From assembly GCA_977020255.1 (NCBI GenBank), contig CDROCS010003917.1, positions 62,001-126,000 on the forward strand: 64,000 nt of DNA. The letters are read 5' to 3'. The position numbers were made by a program, and so were the translations under genes. This DNA is from Obrimoposthia wandeli. Lineage: Eukaryota. Numbering within the stretch: the first letter of the stretch is position 1; every line of letters begins with the position of its first letter. Below, piece by piece: positions 1-10,279 of the stretch. The notes beneath the pieces are model-generated. The model saw nothing but the letters and a program-made list of their open reading frames with translations. It ran no database searches and was not told the DNA's origin.

Positions 1-777
1 TTTAAAGGGCATGCCTACGATCCTCACTGGCACGATACTTATTTGCTAGGTTTTACAGAGCAGGGTGTGCAACAATTTAACTGTCGTCGCAAGCTTTGTA
101 CTTCCATGGCTGGTGGAAACTTTTTAATTGAACCCGGCGAAATCCACGATGGCCGTGCGCCTGAAAATGACGGCTTTACTTATAGACAGTTGTATATCCC
201 AGCACCTTGGCTTAAGCATGAAATGGCGAGTTTATTTCCTGAACTGCCAGATACCTTGCAACTATCCAGTGCCGCCACTTTAATTGAAGATAAGCGTCTA
301 ACGAGTGCTATCGCCGCGGCTTTTATGGCTTTGCAGCAAGGTGAATCAGCCATTGTACGTGAGGCCTGCTTAGATCAATTACTGGCTTGTTTGACAGCAG
401 TTTTGAAGTTACAACAGTTGCATGATAATTCCCACAAAATATCAGTGTTAGCGCGCCAAGCGCGCTCTTTTTTACACGCTAACCTTGAATGCGATATCAA
501 TTTAGAACAATTAGCCAAACAGTTAAACACCGATAGGTTTCGTATCACGAGAGCCTTTAAGCAAGCTTATAATATTGCCCCGCATGCCTATTTAATCCAA
601 TTACGCCTTAGTCGAGCAAGGCAGCTATTGAGTGGGGGAGCAGTGCCTGCAGAAGTGGCCGCAAAGCTATGTTTTGCCGATCAAAGTCACTTAGGGCGCT
701 GGTTTCGCCGTGCTTATCGATTAACTCCAGCACAGTATGCAAAATGCTGTACAAATCTTCCAGACAGGCAGTTTTAA
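1..777 (+). CDS. AraC-family transcriptional regulator (5'-truncated by window edge)
   Basis: Frame open from base 1 (FKGHAYDPHWHDTY, cupin-like N-terminus); C-terminal AraC HTH signature FADQSHLGRWFRRAYRLTP. Confidence 0.92.
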   Translation, partial: FKGHAYDPHWHDTYLLGFTEQGVQQFNCRRKLCTSMAGGNFLIEPGEIHDGRAPENDGFTYRQLYIPAPWLKHEMASLFPELPDTLQLSSAATLIEDKRLTSAIAAAFMALQQGESAIVREACLDQLLACLTAVLKLQQLHDNSHKISVLARQARSFLHANLECDINLEQLAKQLNTDRFRITRAFKQAYNIAPHAYLIQLRLSRARQLLSGGAVPAEVAAKLCFADQSHLGRWFRRAYRLTPAQYAKCCTNLPDRQF

Positions 778-823
778 GCGCCACATAATAACTTCCCATC
801 AAACCACATTTTACCATTAAACA

Positions 824-1444
824 ATGGAAGCTATTATGTTAAGCCTATATCTGAGTTTTACACTTTTTGCCCTACTTGCTTCAATCACTCCAGGGCCCAC
901 CAATATTCTTGCGCTAAGCAATGGTAGTAGGGTGGGAGTCAGTGCAACCGTTCCTTTTGCGATAGGTGCAGCAGGCGCTACTGCGTTTATATTGTTTTTA
1001 GCAGCCACAGGATTGGCCAAAGTATTCATTAACTACCCGCAGTTTAAACAAGTGACAGCGCTATTTGGAGCACTTTGGCTCAGTTATATCGCTTGGTGTT
1101 TGTACAAAACAGCGGCATTAAATGCTGCATACTTGCAGCAGCAACTCAATTGGCGACAAGGTGCAGGGATGCAATTCATCAATCCTAAAAGTTGGATGAT
1201 GGCAATCACAGCTACCAGTTTATTTAGTAGCGAAGCGCTCAGCTTATATCAACACAGTGCGCTGTTGGCACTCATTTTCTTTTTAGTAACGTGTCCCTGC
1301 ATTGCTTGCTGGGCAGCACTAGGGAAATTGATACACTCCCAAACCACCCATAAAAGATCACAGCAGTATTTAAACCGGGTGCTTGCGATCGTGTTATTCG
1401 CTACCGTTTGGTGGCTTTACTATAGCGTTGTTTTTTCAATGTAA
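824..1444 (+). CDS. LysE/RhtB-family amino-acid exporter
   Basis: ITPGPTN and INPKSW motifs, hydrophobic 206 aa, follows the AraC regulator. Confidence 0.9.
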   Translation: MEAIMLSLYLSFTLFALLASITPGPTNILALSNGSRVGVSATVPFAIGAAGATAFILFLAATGLAKVFINYPQFKQVTALFGALWLSYIAWCLYKTAALNAAYLQQQLNWRQGAGMQFINPKSWMMAITATSLFSSEALSLYQHSALLALIFFLVTCPCIACWAALGKLIHSQTTHKRSQQYLNRVLAIVLFATVWWLYYSVVFSM

Positions 1445-2326
1445 ATTGAGAGTAATAAAGTCAATAAGTGAGCGCACCCGCGCACTTTGGTGCTGACGAC
1501 TCGCGTAAACGACATAAATGTCCACTGATTCATTATCATACTGCGTCAGTATTTTTTGCAGATTTCCGGTTTTAATATGCTCATGAACAATAAATTCAGG
1601 AACGCGGGTAATACCTAAGTTATCTAAAGCAAAGCCTAGTTGAATTTCACCATTATTAGTGGTGAAATTCGAGTCAACTTCTACATTATATTTTTGACCA
1701 TCCTTAGAAAAGCGCCAGTTATTTTTATTAGCAGCGTAGGCGTAGCAAATACAATTATGCTTTGCAAGCTGTTGAGGATGGATGATTTTTTCATATTGCT
1801 CAAGATATTGGGGGGAAGCGACAGTAACAATATTTGAAGTGGCCACCTTACGAGCAATCAAACTAGAATCTTCCATTTTAGCGGTGATGCGAATCGCGAG
1901 ATCGAAACCTTCACTGACTAAATCGACCTTGCGATCCGATAAATCTAAATCCAACTTCACTTTCGGATAGTGCACCAAGTATTGGTTGAGCAAAGCGCGT
2001 AACGCGTTGATTGTATAATTTAAGGGCGCGCTAATGCGTAAGGTGCCAGATGGCTCCATTGTTTGAGTAAATGCTTCAGCTTGCTGGGCATCCTGTATTA
2101 GTTTAGTACAGTGCTGATAGTAGAGTTCGCCATCAGCGGTCAGACTTATAGAGCGAGTAGTGCGATTCAATAAACGGCTATTTAAGCGCGCCTCTAATTT
2201 GCTCACTGTTTTACTGATATAAGAAGTAGAGCGATCAGTGGCAATGGCAGCCGCACTGAAACTACTATGCTCTACTACCGCGCAAAAAATGACGATACCA
2301 TCGAATAAATGATCATTAGTAGTCAT
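1436..2326 (-). CDS. LysR-family regulator (CrgA-like)
   Basis: N-terminal HTH (SFSAAA...VSKLEARL...LLNRTTR) and DLVSEGFDLAIR; ATG at 2326 chosen; divergent from azoR. Confidence 0.92.
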   Translation of the reverse strand: MTTNDHLFDGIVIFCAVVEHSSFSAAAIATDRSTSYISKTVSKLEARLNSRLLNRTTRSISLTADGELYYQHCTKLIQDAQQAEAFTQTMEPSGTLRISAPLNYTINALRALLNQYLVHYPKVKLDLDLSDRKVDLVSEGFDLAIRITAKMEDSSLIARKVATSNIVTVASPQYLEQYEKIIHPQQLAKHNCICYAYAANKNNWRFSKDGQKYNVEVDSNFTTNNGEIQLGFALDNLGITRVPEFIVHEHIKTGNLQKILTQYDNESVDIYVVYASRQHQSARVRSLIDFITLNLH

Positions 2327-2456
2327 ATGGAAATAATCCTTTATCAATTGCAGTATTAATTCATATATATGAATAATGTATGCTGTCTCTCTAAATAGCA
2401 AACAATACTCGTGAGATTGTTTTGAGTATTTCTTAACGTTTTAAAAGAGAGAAATA

Positions 2457-3077
2457 ATGAATATATTACAAATAAACTCAAGTCCAATGGGCGAAAACTC
2501 AGTTTCAAAAGGTTTAACCACTCGTTTTGTAGAACAACTAACAGAGCGTTTATACACGGCAAAATTGACAAGTAGAGATTTAGCCGATACCAACGTACCA
2601 CTTTTAACTGCAGCGACAGTTGGCGCGTTTTATACACCTGGAGAAGCATTATCTGATGATCAAAAAGCGCTAATTTCGTTATCCGATGAGCTGGTTGCAG
2701 AGTTAGAAGCAGCAAAGGTCATTGTCATTGGTGCCCCTATGCACAACTTTAGTGTGAGTGGACAGTTGAAAACTTACATCGATCAAGTCGCGCGTGTAGG
2801 GCGTACTTTTCAATACACTGAAAATGGCCCACAAGGATTATTAAAGGATAAAAAAGTATTTGTTATGGTCACGTCGGGCGGCGACTATACTAGCGGCCCA
2901 CTAGCATCATTGGATCATTTAACACCTTACATAACTACAATGTTAGGTTTCATCGGTATAACAGATGTTACTTTTATCCAATGCCCAAGTATGGCGGCGA
3001 ATGAGGAAACCAAAGCAAGTTCAATTGCAGCGGCGAATGAACAGATTGCTCAGGCAGTAGCGCAGCTTACTGTTTAA
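2457..3077 (+). CDS. azoR: FMN-dependent NADH:quinone/azoreductase
   Basis: INSSP, PMHNFSVSGQLKTYIDQVARVGRTFQYTENGPQGLL, FIGITDV. Confidence 0.93.
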   Translation: MNILQINSSPMGENSVSKGLTTRFVEQLTERLYTAKLTSRDLADTNVPLLTAATVGAFYTPGEALSDDQKALISLSDELVAELEAAKVIVIGAPMHNFSVSGQLKTYIDQVARVGRTFQYTENGPQGLLKDKKVFVMVTSGGDYTSGPLASLDHLTPYITTMLGFIGITDVTFIQCPSMAANEETKASSIAAANEQIAQAVAQLTV

Positions 3078-3088
3078 GAAAGTGCTAG

Positions 3089-3116
3089 ATTGTAGTGCTA
3101 AAAATAGCACTACAAT
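3089..3116. terminator. Probable bidirectional intrinsic terminator
   Basis: Perfect 12-bp stem attgtagtgcta-aaaa-tagcactacaat between convergent genes. Confidence 0.7.
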
Positions 3117-3194
3117 GGAACACCGCTACTTCAATCTATTACTAATTTAAACACCCGTTTCGCCTTGGGTTTAGATCTGAAGTTAGGTTTGAGC

Positions 3195-4184
3195 TTAAGT
3201 AATTGCATCAATAAATCGTGCAGGGCTAATATTTCGACCAGAGATAACGATTGCTACTTTCTTCGCGCCAATTGCTTGAAAATCGGTATGTAACAGACCG
3301 GCTAATGCACTCGCGCTAGCGCCTTCCATCATTTGCCCCTCGGCCTCAAATAAAAGTTGCATCGCAGGGCGCAAGCTCTCTTCAGAAACCAGCAACGCTT
3401 GATCCATGAAGCCGCGAACAATGGGGAAAGTATATTGATTATCCAAACCGATACTGCCGCCCATTGCATCCGCTAAACTTGGAGGCTCATCAACCGTCAC
3501 AGGCTTTCCTGCATTTAAGCTTTTCACCATGCCCGGTTCAATTTCCATCGAGATGCCTATTACTTTTATCGTAGGGGAAATCGCTTTTGCGGCGAGTGCT
3601 ATACCTGATAATAGTCCCCCGCCTGAAAGCGGCGCAACAATAGTGTCAATATCTGGGTTCTCATTCAAGATATCTAGTGCAATAGTGCCTTGCCCTGTAA
3701 TTACCTCTAAATCATCAAAAGGCGCAATTACGGTAAGGCCTTGCTCAGCAACTAATAGATCCGCATACGCTTGAGCATCATCTTGTGTTTTACCTATCAC
3801 CCGTAAATCAGCGCCATACTGGCGAATCGCTGCGCGCTTATTATCAGGCACCAACTCGCTCACACAAATAATCGCTTCAATACCCATCATCTTCGCAATA
3901 TAGGCTACTGCTCGGCCATGGTTTCCGCTGGAAACGGCAATTACACCCCGTTGTTTTTGGGCGTTACTGAGTTGCAACATGCGATTTGAAGCCCCGCGCA
4001 GCTTAAAGCTGCCGGTGGTTTGCAAGTTTTCAAGTTTTAGCCAAACCTCACAGTTCGCCAGTTTGGAAATAGCCTCACTATAGATCAGTGGGGTAGGGCG
4101 AATAATAGAATCGATACGTTTGCGTGCTTGCATAACACTTTGCAGTGAAAGGTATTGATTTGGTGAAGTTGCGGTGCTTTGCAT
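3195..4184 (-). CDS. eutB: PLP-dependent threonine/serine dehydratase, EutB (hydroxyectoine-utilisation) like
   Basis: LKLENLQTTGSFKLRGA, SSGNHG, GKTQDDAQ, LSGGGL and GGSIGLDNQYTF resemble the EutB subfamily. Confidence 0.75.
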   Translation of the reverse strand: MQSTATSPNQYLSLQSVMQARKRIDSIIRPTPLIYSEAISKLANCEVWLKLENLQTTGSFKLRGASNRMLQLSNAQKQRGVIAVSSGNHGRAVAYIAKMMGIEAIICVSELVPDNKRAAIRQYGADLRVIGKTQDDAQAYADLLVAEQGLTVIAPFDDLEVITGQGTIALDILNENPDIDTIVAPLSGGGLLSGIALAAKAISPTIKVIGISMEIEPGMVKSLNAGKPVTVDEPPSLADAMGGSIGLDNQYTFPIVRGFMDQALLVSEESLRPAMQLLFEAEGQMMEGASASALAGLLHTDFQAIGAKKVAIVISGRNISPARFIDAIT

Positions 4185-4210
4185 ATAAACCTCTAAATTT
4201 TTTTTCAAAT

Positions 4211-5152
4211 TTAATCAAATATTTTGGAAAAATCAGCAGCACTAATTTGCCGAACATTATCAGCCAGCTTTGTCATCGCAAGATGATGTTCTGACATTTC
4301 AGGAGTTGGATTAACATAATGATAATTTTGGTGACGCCAAAATGCAGTGGCCGTGGCGGCATACACTGTAAAAGCTTGCAACGCGGCCATTTCATTATCC
4401 TGTAGTTGTATTTTTTGCTGGTACCCTTGCAGTAAGCTAGTAGCTTTAGTGAGTGATAATTGCTGATTGTGGCAGCAGCAACCTATTAGCATCATCCCTA
4501 TGTCAAAAATCCGGTAGTAGTAACTGGCTTCTTCAAAATCCATGATGGTCGCTTGTTGGGTAGCTGTATCGATAATGATATTATCAGCAAAAATATCACT
4601 GTGGATCAGTGCTTTCGGTAAATCATTGCTCACAAAACTATCGATGTAAGCTGCGCACACTTGCAGCCAGTGATTAAAAGCAGAATCAGCTGCATATTGG
4701 TTAACAAGGCCAAAATTTTGCCTGCCAAAGCCCACCACATTGGGCAGGTAATTAGGTGCTTGAATAGAATGTAAATTGCCAAGGTTGTTACCTAATCCCG
4801 GTAACAGTGAACTGCTAATATCTTGCAGAATAACGCCGCTAATAAAGGTTTTTACAATCACCGGTTTATCACACCAAAGGCTGGTTTTTCGACCATCTAA
4901 GGTTTTAACAGCACCAGAGGTAGCAAAGTGATGGGCTTGTAAATAATCCAATAAATTAGCGAGCTGGGCGCATTCATCGATACTTTTTTGCTCACATATC
5001 GTCAGTACATATTCAGCCGTGTCGGTTTTTACCCAAAAATTAGTGTTTTCGGAACCGCCACTGAGTAATTTAAAAGCTGCTACAGGGGAAACATCGTAAG
5101 CTGTAAAAATTTGTTGAACCTGCTGCTTATCTAATTGGTTATTAAATATCAT
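4211..5152 (-). CDS. thrB: Homoserine kinase type II (APH/choline-kinase fold)
   Basis: GGSENTNF, IHSDIFADN, IMDFEEA; ATG overlaps thrC stop (TAATG). Confidence 0.8.
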   Translation of the reverse strand: MIFNNQLDKQQVQQIFTAYDVSPVAAFKLLSGGSENTNFWVKTDTAEYVLTICEQKSIDECAQLANLLDYLQAHHFATSGAVKTLDGRKTSLWCDKPVIVKTFISGVILQDISSSLLPGLGNNLGNLHSIQAPNYLPNVVGFGRQNFGLVNQYAADSAFNHWLQVCAAYIDSFVSNDLPKALIHSDIFADNIIIDTATQQATIMDFEEASYYYRIFDIGMMLIGCCCHNQQLSLTKATSLLQGYQQKIQLQDNEMAALQAFTVYAATATAFWRHQNYHYVNPTPEMSEHHLAMTKLADNVRQISAADFSKIFD

Positions 5153-6600
5153 TATCCTTTTGTTAACTCCCAATTGGTTAGCATTGCACTGCGCAGTGCA
5201 GGCTCTAATATCTCGTATTCACATAGGTGCACTTTTTGGCAGAATTTTTTCGCGCTCTCTATACTAGGATGAGTAGCCGCTTCGGGTAACTGATCCAGCT
5301 TAAGTGCCTGTTTTATGATTAGCGGAAATTTTGCAGGGTGAGCGGTCGCTAAACAAATAGTTTTTTCAGCCCCCAGTACTGCTTTTAAAGTATCGCAAGC
5401 TTGTAAGCTAACAGCGCCATGGGGGTCTAGTAAGTAATCTTCATTACAATAAATTTCATTCATCAGTGCTAGCGTTTGCGCATCACTAGCACTGTTAGAT
5501 AAAAAGCCCTGTTGATAACGAGTCTGTACGTCTTCACTAAAGGTTACTTTTCCAGTTGCTTGAAATTCATCCATCCACGCTTTAATACTTTGAGTGTCAG
5601 CGTCTAATTTGAAATATAAATAGCGCCAAAAATTGAAGGGGATCAATATATCAATAGCAGAGGAAACGGTTGAAATTAATGGCTGTTTTGAAAAATCACC
5701 CTTGGAGAAAACACGATCTAAGCAGCCGTTTTCATTACTGGCTGCCACTAGATTCTTCAGAGGTAGCCCCATTTCTCTAGCTAATGCGCCCGCACATAAA
5801 TTACCGAAGCCACCCGATGGCACAGAAATATTTATAGATTCACCTATTTCATCTACCACTTGGAAATAACCATAGAAATAGTGCACGGTTTGCATCATCA
5901 CTCGACCCCAGTTGATCGAATTTACACTGGATAACTTTAGGGTTTCTTTGAACTCTTTATCTGCGTAAAGGTTGCTTATTACAGCATCTAAATCATCTCC
6001 ACCATTAGGGCAATCTGTTACGGCAAAAGGATGAATATTTGGTTGTTGTAGGCTGGTCATTTGGCGTTCTTGCTCAGGCGTAATGAGCTCTTTAGGGTAA
6101 AGTACCCAAGCGTCTAAATTAGATTTCCCGGCACAAAAATGTGCAGTTGCAGGGCCTGTGTCACCAGTAGTGGCGACAATCAGCGATAAATGTTGGTTTT
6201 TTCTTGAGAGGAAATAGTTAACTAAATTCACTAAAAAGGCTAAACCAATATCTTTAAACGAAATGGTAGGGCCATGGAATAATTCCATGATATACGTTTC
6301 ATCCCTACTTTGTAGTTTATGCAGTGGAATAATATCCTCTTTTTCAAAAGGTGCATAAGCCGTAGCAAGTACTTCTTTTAATTCAGCAGCCGACAAAATA
6401 GTGCGATCAATAAAGAGCGATAGTATCTCAAAAGCCAAATCCACATAGCTTAAGTTTTTCCATTGCTCAAGTTGCAAAGCAGTAATGGTAGGGAGTGTTT
6501 CAGGCACATATAAACCACCATCACAGGCAAACCCATCGAGAATAGCTGTTTCGAAATCTACGGCGGGGCTACCGCCTTTGTTACTGACATATTTAAGCAT
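5152..6600 (-). CDS. thrC: Threonine synthase family PLP enzyme
   Basis: DGGLYVPE, ELFHGPTISFKDIG (PLP lysine), TGDTG, NSINWGR, ATAHPAKF. Confidence 0.9.
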   Translation of the reverse strand: MLKYVSNKGGSPAVDFETAILDGFACDGGLYVPETLPTITALQLEQWKNLSYVDLAFEILSLFIDRTILSAAELKEVLATAYAPFEKEDIIPLHKLQSRDETYIMELFHGPTISFKDIGLAFLVNLVNYFLSRKNQHLSLIVATTGDTGPATAHFCAGKSNLDAWVLYPKELITPEQERQMTSLQQPNIHPFAVTDCPNGGDDLDAVISNLYADKEFKETLKLSSVNSINWGRVMMQTVHYFYGYFQVVDEIGESINISVPSGGFGNLCAGALAREMGLPLKNLVAASNENGCLDRVFSKGDFSKQPLISTVSSAIDILIPFNFWRYLYFKLDADTQSIKAWMDEFQATGKVTFSEDVQTRYQQGFLSNSASDAQTLALMNEIYCNEDYLLDPHGAVSLQACDTLKAVLGAEKTICLATAHPAKFPLIIKQALKLDQLPEAATHPSIESAKKFCQKVHLCEYEILEPALRSAMLTNWELTKG

Positions 6601-6683
6601 TTGTATAAATCCAGGTGATGATTAGTCGCAATGAAATAAAGTTTTACAAGCAAATTATAAAGACTATTTTGAAACGCTTATTC

Positions 6684-7634
6684 TCAAATAGCGCTGCAAT
6701 AATCAAATACAGCACTGGCGATCATCAAATCTTGCACGGCCACTCCAGTAAGATCAGCAACGGTAATTTGATCCTCATGACTACGCTGATATTTAGGCGA
6801 TTGAAGAGCGGTGCCTAATTCGATCACTTTATCTGCGGTGATAGCCTTTTGACGTAGCGCTTGGAATACTTCACCGCGGCTTTGCCCTTGTGGAATACTA
6901 TCAACAATCACTAGGTCGGCTTTGGCTAGAATACTACTTGCTAACTCTTGTTTTACTTCAGTATCAGAACCCACCGCTGTGATATGCGTGCCCGCTTGAA
7001 TATCACAAGCTTGAAGTAGTACTGATTCGCTCGGTGTAGTGGTAACAATAAGGTTGGCATTGGCTGCCACCTCTTGGGGACTGCTGGCAACATGGATTTC
7101 AAAATCAGCGTCTAGCTCTCGGGCAAAATCAGCACAGCGCTGGGCATTACGTCCCCATAACCAGACTGTTTTACACGGCGTGTGTTGTTGTAAATGAAGT
7201 AACTGTAATTTTGCTTGGATACCACAACCAATGATGCCAATTGCTTTGATATTCTTTGGAGCTAAGTATTTGGCAGCAACAGCGCCAGCCGCCGCGGTAC
7301 GAATATCAGTAAGAAAGCCTTCATCGAGCAATACCGCTTTAGGTACGCCTGTTTTTTGATCAAATAACAACATTAAACCTTGGCTAGAAGAAATGCCTTG
7401 CTGTGGGTTGTCATAAAAACCAGAAGCTATTTTAACCACGTAGTAGTCATCATTTTTAATATAGCCATATTTAATATGTACATCACCTTTAGGTTTATCA
7501 AACAACAGCTCACCAACAGGGGGCACGACACTATTACCATTACTGTATTGAATAAAGCCATGCTCCATGGCCGCCACTAAATCGATATTCTTAACTGATG
7601 CTTTGATTTGATCCAAATTAATGATGCTGGTCAC
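6684..7634 (-). CDS. Ornithine cyclodeaminase / mu-crystallin family protein
   Basis: LTDIRTAAAGAVAAKYLA, GCGIQA, GTHITAVGSD, DLTGVAVQD. Confidence 0.9.
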   Translation of the reverse strand: MTSIINLDQIKASVKNIDLVAAMEHGFIQYSNGNSVVPPVGELLFDKPKGDVHIKYGYIKNDDYYVVKIASGFYDNPQQGISSSQGLMLLFDQKTGVPKAVLLDEGFLTDIRTAAAGAVAAKYLAPKNIKAIGIIGCGIQAKLQLLHLQQHTPCKTVWLWGRNAQRCADFARELDADFEIHVASSPQEVAANANLIVTTTPSESVLLQACDIQAGTHITAVGSDTEVKQELASSILAKADLVIVDSIPQGQSRGEVFQALRQKAITADKVIELGTALQSPKYQRSHEDQITVADLTGVAVQDLMIASAVFDYCSAI

Positions 7635-7982
7635 GCTATTTCTCCTGCTATTGGGGGCAATAGATAATTCAGTGCTGTACTTTGAATGATTAAAACAATG
7701 ACTAAAATTATAGTTAAAATTTATGCATTAGAGCAGGAGCTAACAAAGGAAATTGATAACAAAAAACGCAGATACTAATGTATTTCATTGTATATATCTT
7801 AGTTTCTATCGTTTCGAATTTGATGAGCGTTTACTTATGCACAGCCCGACACTAATTTTTCAGTCGCTGCGCATAAACTGGGTTTTTCTAGAGTTTTGCA
7901 AGCTATTGATCAGTTCGTTCTCATCCTGAAACGGGGGGCGGGGCTGCGGGTGTGCGAGGCTGCGAGGCTGAGCTAATAGTTC

Positions 7983-8047
7983 GAGATGGGCAGCACTAGA
8001 TGTCGGCGTTTGGTTGTTTTAAATAACGACATCTAGTGGTGATTAGG
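7983..8047. repeat. Dispersed hairpin element, copy A
   Basis: 12-bp perfect stem cactagatgtcg (7994-8005) / cgacatctagtg (8027-8038); aligns with 24999-25060. Confidence 0.65.
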
Positions 8048-8094
8048 TCGAGGGAGTACAACAGCCGTAGTAAACATTTGTTTGTGGATGGAAA

Positions 8095-8910
8095 CTAGTT
8101 AGCACAATCACGCAGTAACATGGCCGCCAACTCTTTATATATTTTGGCACATACCATGGCTGTCATTTCATTGATATCGCAGTTTGGATTGTATTCAACA
8201 ATATCAGCACCAACCACAGGTAAATCAATTTTACTGAGCACTTGCAAAACTTCCCTTACACTCAATCCGCCGGGTTCAAAATGAGAGACACCGGGAGCAA
8301 AGGCCGGGTCCAATGCATCCAAATCAAAGGATATATACAGTGGACCTGTGAGGTTTAAAGGTGTATCCACTTGCCAGTTTTTCATTTCATGTATTTCAAC
8401 ATCAAACTTATCAGCTTGCGCAGCTTGGTGTTTGTTAAGAGTACGTATACCAACTTGCACTAAGCGCGCAGCAAACTTGCCTTCCATGATTCTCGCGAAA
8501 GGGCAGGCGTGGCTGTATCTATTACCGCCTAGATTATCATACAAATCAGGGTGAGCATCAAAGTGCAATATAGTCAGGTTGTCGTGCTGTTTCGCCAGCG
8601 CTTTGATAACGGGGAAGGTGATGGAATGGTCGCCTCCTAAGGTTAATATTTTACTGCCATTAGCGGCGAGTTCTGTGCACTTTTGCTCGATATTTGCAAA
8701 AGCTTGCGCCTCTTCGTTCCAAGTAACAGTGCCTGCATCTTCCACTCTTGCATCTTTAGCTACATCAATACCTGATTCGCTGGTGGTATTAGCAGAGCCA
8801 TTCATTAGTACTTGACGTATTAGAGGGGGAGCTTGGGCGGGACCGCGTAAATGAGATGAGTTAAAGTCTAAAGGGATTTCAAGAATTGAAACCTTACTGT
8901 ATTGTTTCAT
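8095..8910 (-). CDS. Ureohydrolase (agmatinase/arginase family)
   Basis: Metal motifs GGDHSIT, HFDAHPD, SFDLDALDPAFAPG; substrate not assignable from sequence. Confidence 0.9.
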   Translation of the reverse strand: MKQYSKVSILEIPLDFNSSHLRGPAQAPPLIRQVLMNGSANTTSESGIDVAKDARVEDAGTVTWNEEAQAFANIEQKCTELAANGSKILTLGGDHSITFPVIKALAKQHDNLTILHFDAHPDLYDNLGGNRYSHACPFARIMEGKFAARLVQVGIRTLNKHQAAQADKFDVEIHEMKNWQVDTPLNLTGPLYISFDLDALDPAFAPGVSHFEPGGLSVREVLQVLSKIDLPVVGADIVEYNPNCDINEMTAMVCAKIYKELAAMLLRDCAN

Positions 8911-9210
8911 TATTTTTCTCCTAAAATTAAGGGCGAATATTTATGAATCGTAACGAATTGCCCGATTAAATCATTTAAAAAGACTGGTGTCCGCTTTAAT
9001 TTTGTTGTTCTTTAACTCATTGATTTTACGTTAACGACAAATGTTATTTTGCTAACATATATAGAATTAACCAAGATAGAAGTCCACACATCAATGAGTT
9101 CAAAGACTTGCATTATTTAATAGGGACCAATTATTTTTCACCTAATGACAATTTGTTATATAACTGTCACATCTTTTGTTTAAATTAGACTAAACGTTCT
9201 ACAGGAAAAA

Positions 9211-9873
9211 ATGATGAAGCCAGCGCAACCTAAATATATCTTCGAAGCTCAAGAAAAGCCTTCTCTAAAAACTTACCAAGTGCCTTTGATTGTTGCCAAT
9301 GAACAAACGGTTAAAGGTTACGGCTGTTTAGTAGACGATCCCAGCAATTTTGAGATAGAAATTGTGCAATGGCCCGCGCAAGGTTGGCGCGAAGTTGATA
9401 ACAATACCGGTAATGAAGGCGGTTTTGTTGAGGGTGTGTTTCATGGGCAATGGCAAGGCGATATATTGCGTGGGCGCAACGAAGCAGTGAACGGAAATTA
9501 CGTGCTAGGTTGGAGTACCGATCCGCAAAAAGCGAGTAACAAACTGCAAACAGTGCCTCGAGAGCAAGTGCTTCTTTGGCACATGAACTACCACCCAGAT
9601 GGCGGGCAAATGTTTTTCCCACTGGATAAAAAACCTTTTGTAGTACCTGTAGCAATGCCAGGAGATGATTTAGCGCCAGAAAAAGTGATCGCTTTTTGGT
9701 GTGATGGTAGTAAGGGGCTTTATATACACCCAAATATTTGGCACGAAGGCATTTTCCCGGTTGAAGATGAGCAACGCTTTTTAGATCGCCAAGGAAAAGT
9801 ACACGCCAGAGTTAGTGCAGATATAGGTAAAGAATTTGGTGTGTATCTGAGTGTGCCATTGTATTTAAAGTAA
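9211..9873 (+). CDS. Ureidoglycolate lyase-like cupin protein
   Basis: NYHPDGGQMFFP and YIHPNIWHEG resemble the AllA-like family. Confidence 0.65.
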   Translation: MMKPAQPKYIFEAQEKPSLKTYQVPLIVANEQTVKGYGCLVDDPSNFEIEIVQWPAQGWREVDNNTGNEGGFVEGVFHGQWQGDILRGRNEAVNGNYVLGWSTDPQKASNKLQTVPREQVLLWHMNYHPDGGQMFFPLDKKPFVVPVAMPGDDLAPEKVIAFWCDGSKGLYIHPNIWHEGIFPVEDEQRFLDRQGKVHARVSADIGKEFGVYLSVPLYLK

Positions 9874-9945
9874 TGAGTGAGGTCTTTGCATAAGGTATTG
9901 AGTACCGCCGTTATGCAAAAATCTTTCATGAATGTGGGGTTGAAA

Positions 9946-10235
9946 TTATGCTAAAGCAAACTCCACTGCGGCTTGTGCATGTAGCGCAGTAGTATCATAC
10001 AAAGATATCTCAGTGTGGTTTTTCTGCACCAATAGAGCGATCTCGGTGCAGCCCAAAATAATAGCTTGTGCGCCTTCTTGTGCAAGTTGATCTATAGCCG
10101 CAAGATAAATATTCCTTGAGCTCGCGTTGATCTCCCCACTGCATCGTTCAGTGTAGATGATGTGATGGATTTGTGCACGGGTATTGCTATTAGGCACTAA
10201 AACTTCAATACCGTGATTTTGCGTTAAACGTCGCA
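9946..10235 (-). pseudogene. 3' fragment of an Asp/Glu racemase paralogue
   Basis: Aligns without gaps by eye to the 3' end of 14123-14815 (GAQAIILGCTEIALLV...YDTTALHAQAAVEFAL); N-terminal ~135 aa absent. Confidence 0.88.
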
Positions 10236-10279
10236 GGTGAAATTTAGCGGTAAAGGAAAAAGGGTTGCTCAATTGATTA

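Noticed and set aside
7931-7972. G-rich tract as a G-quadruplex
   Set aside because: Only three runs of three or more G; better explained as an insertion within the dispersed element
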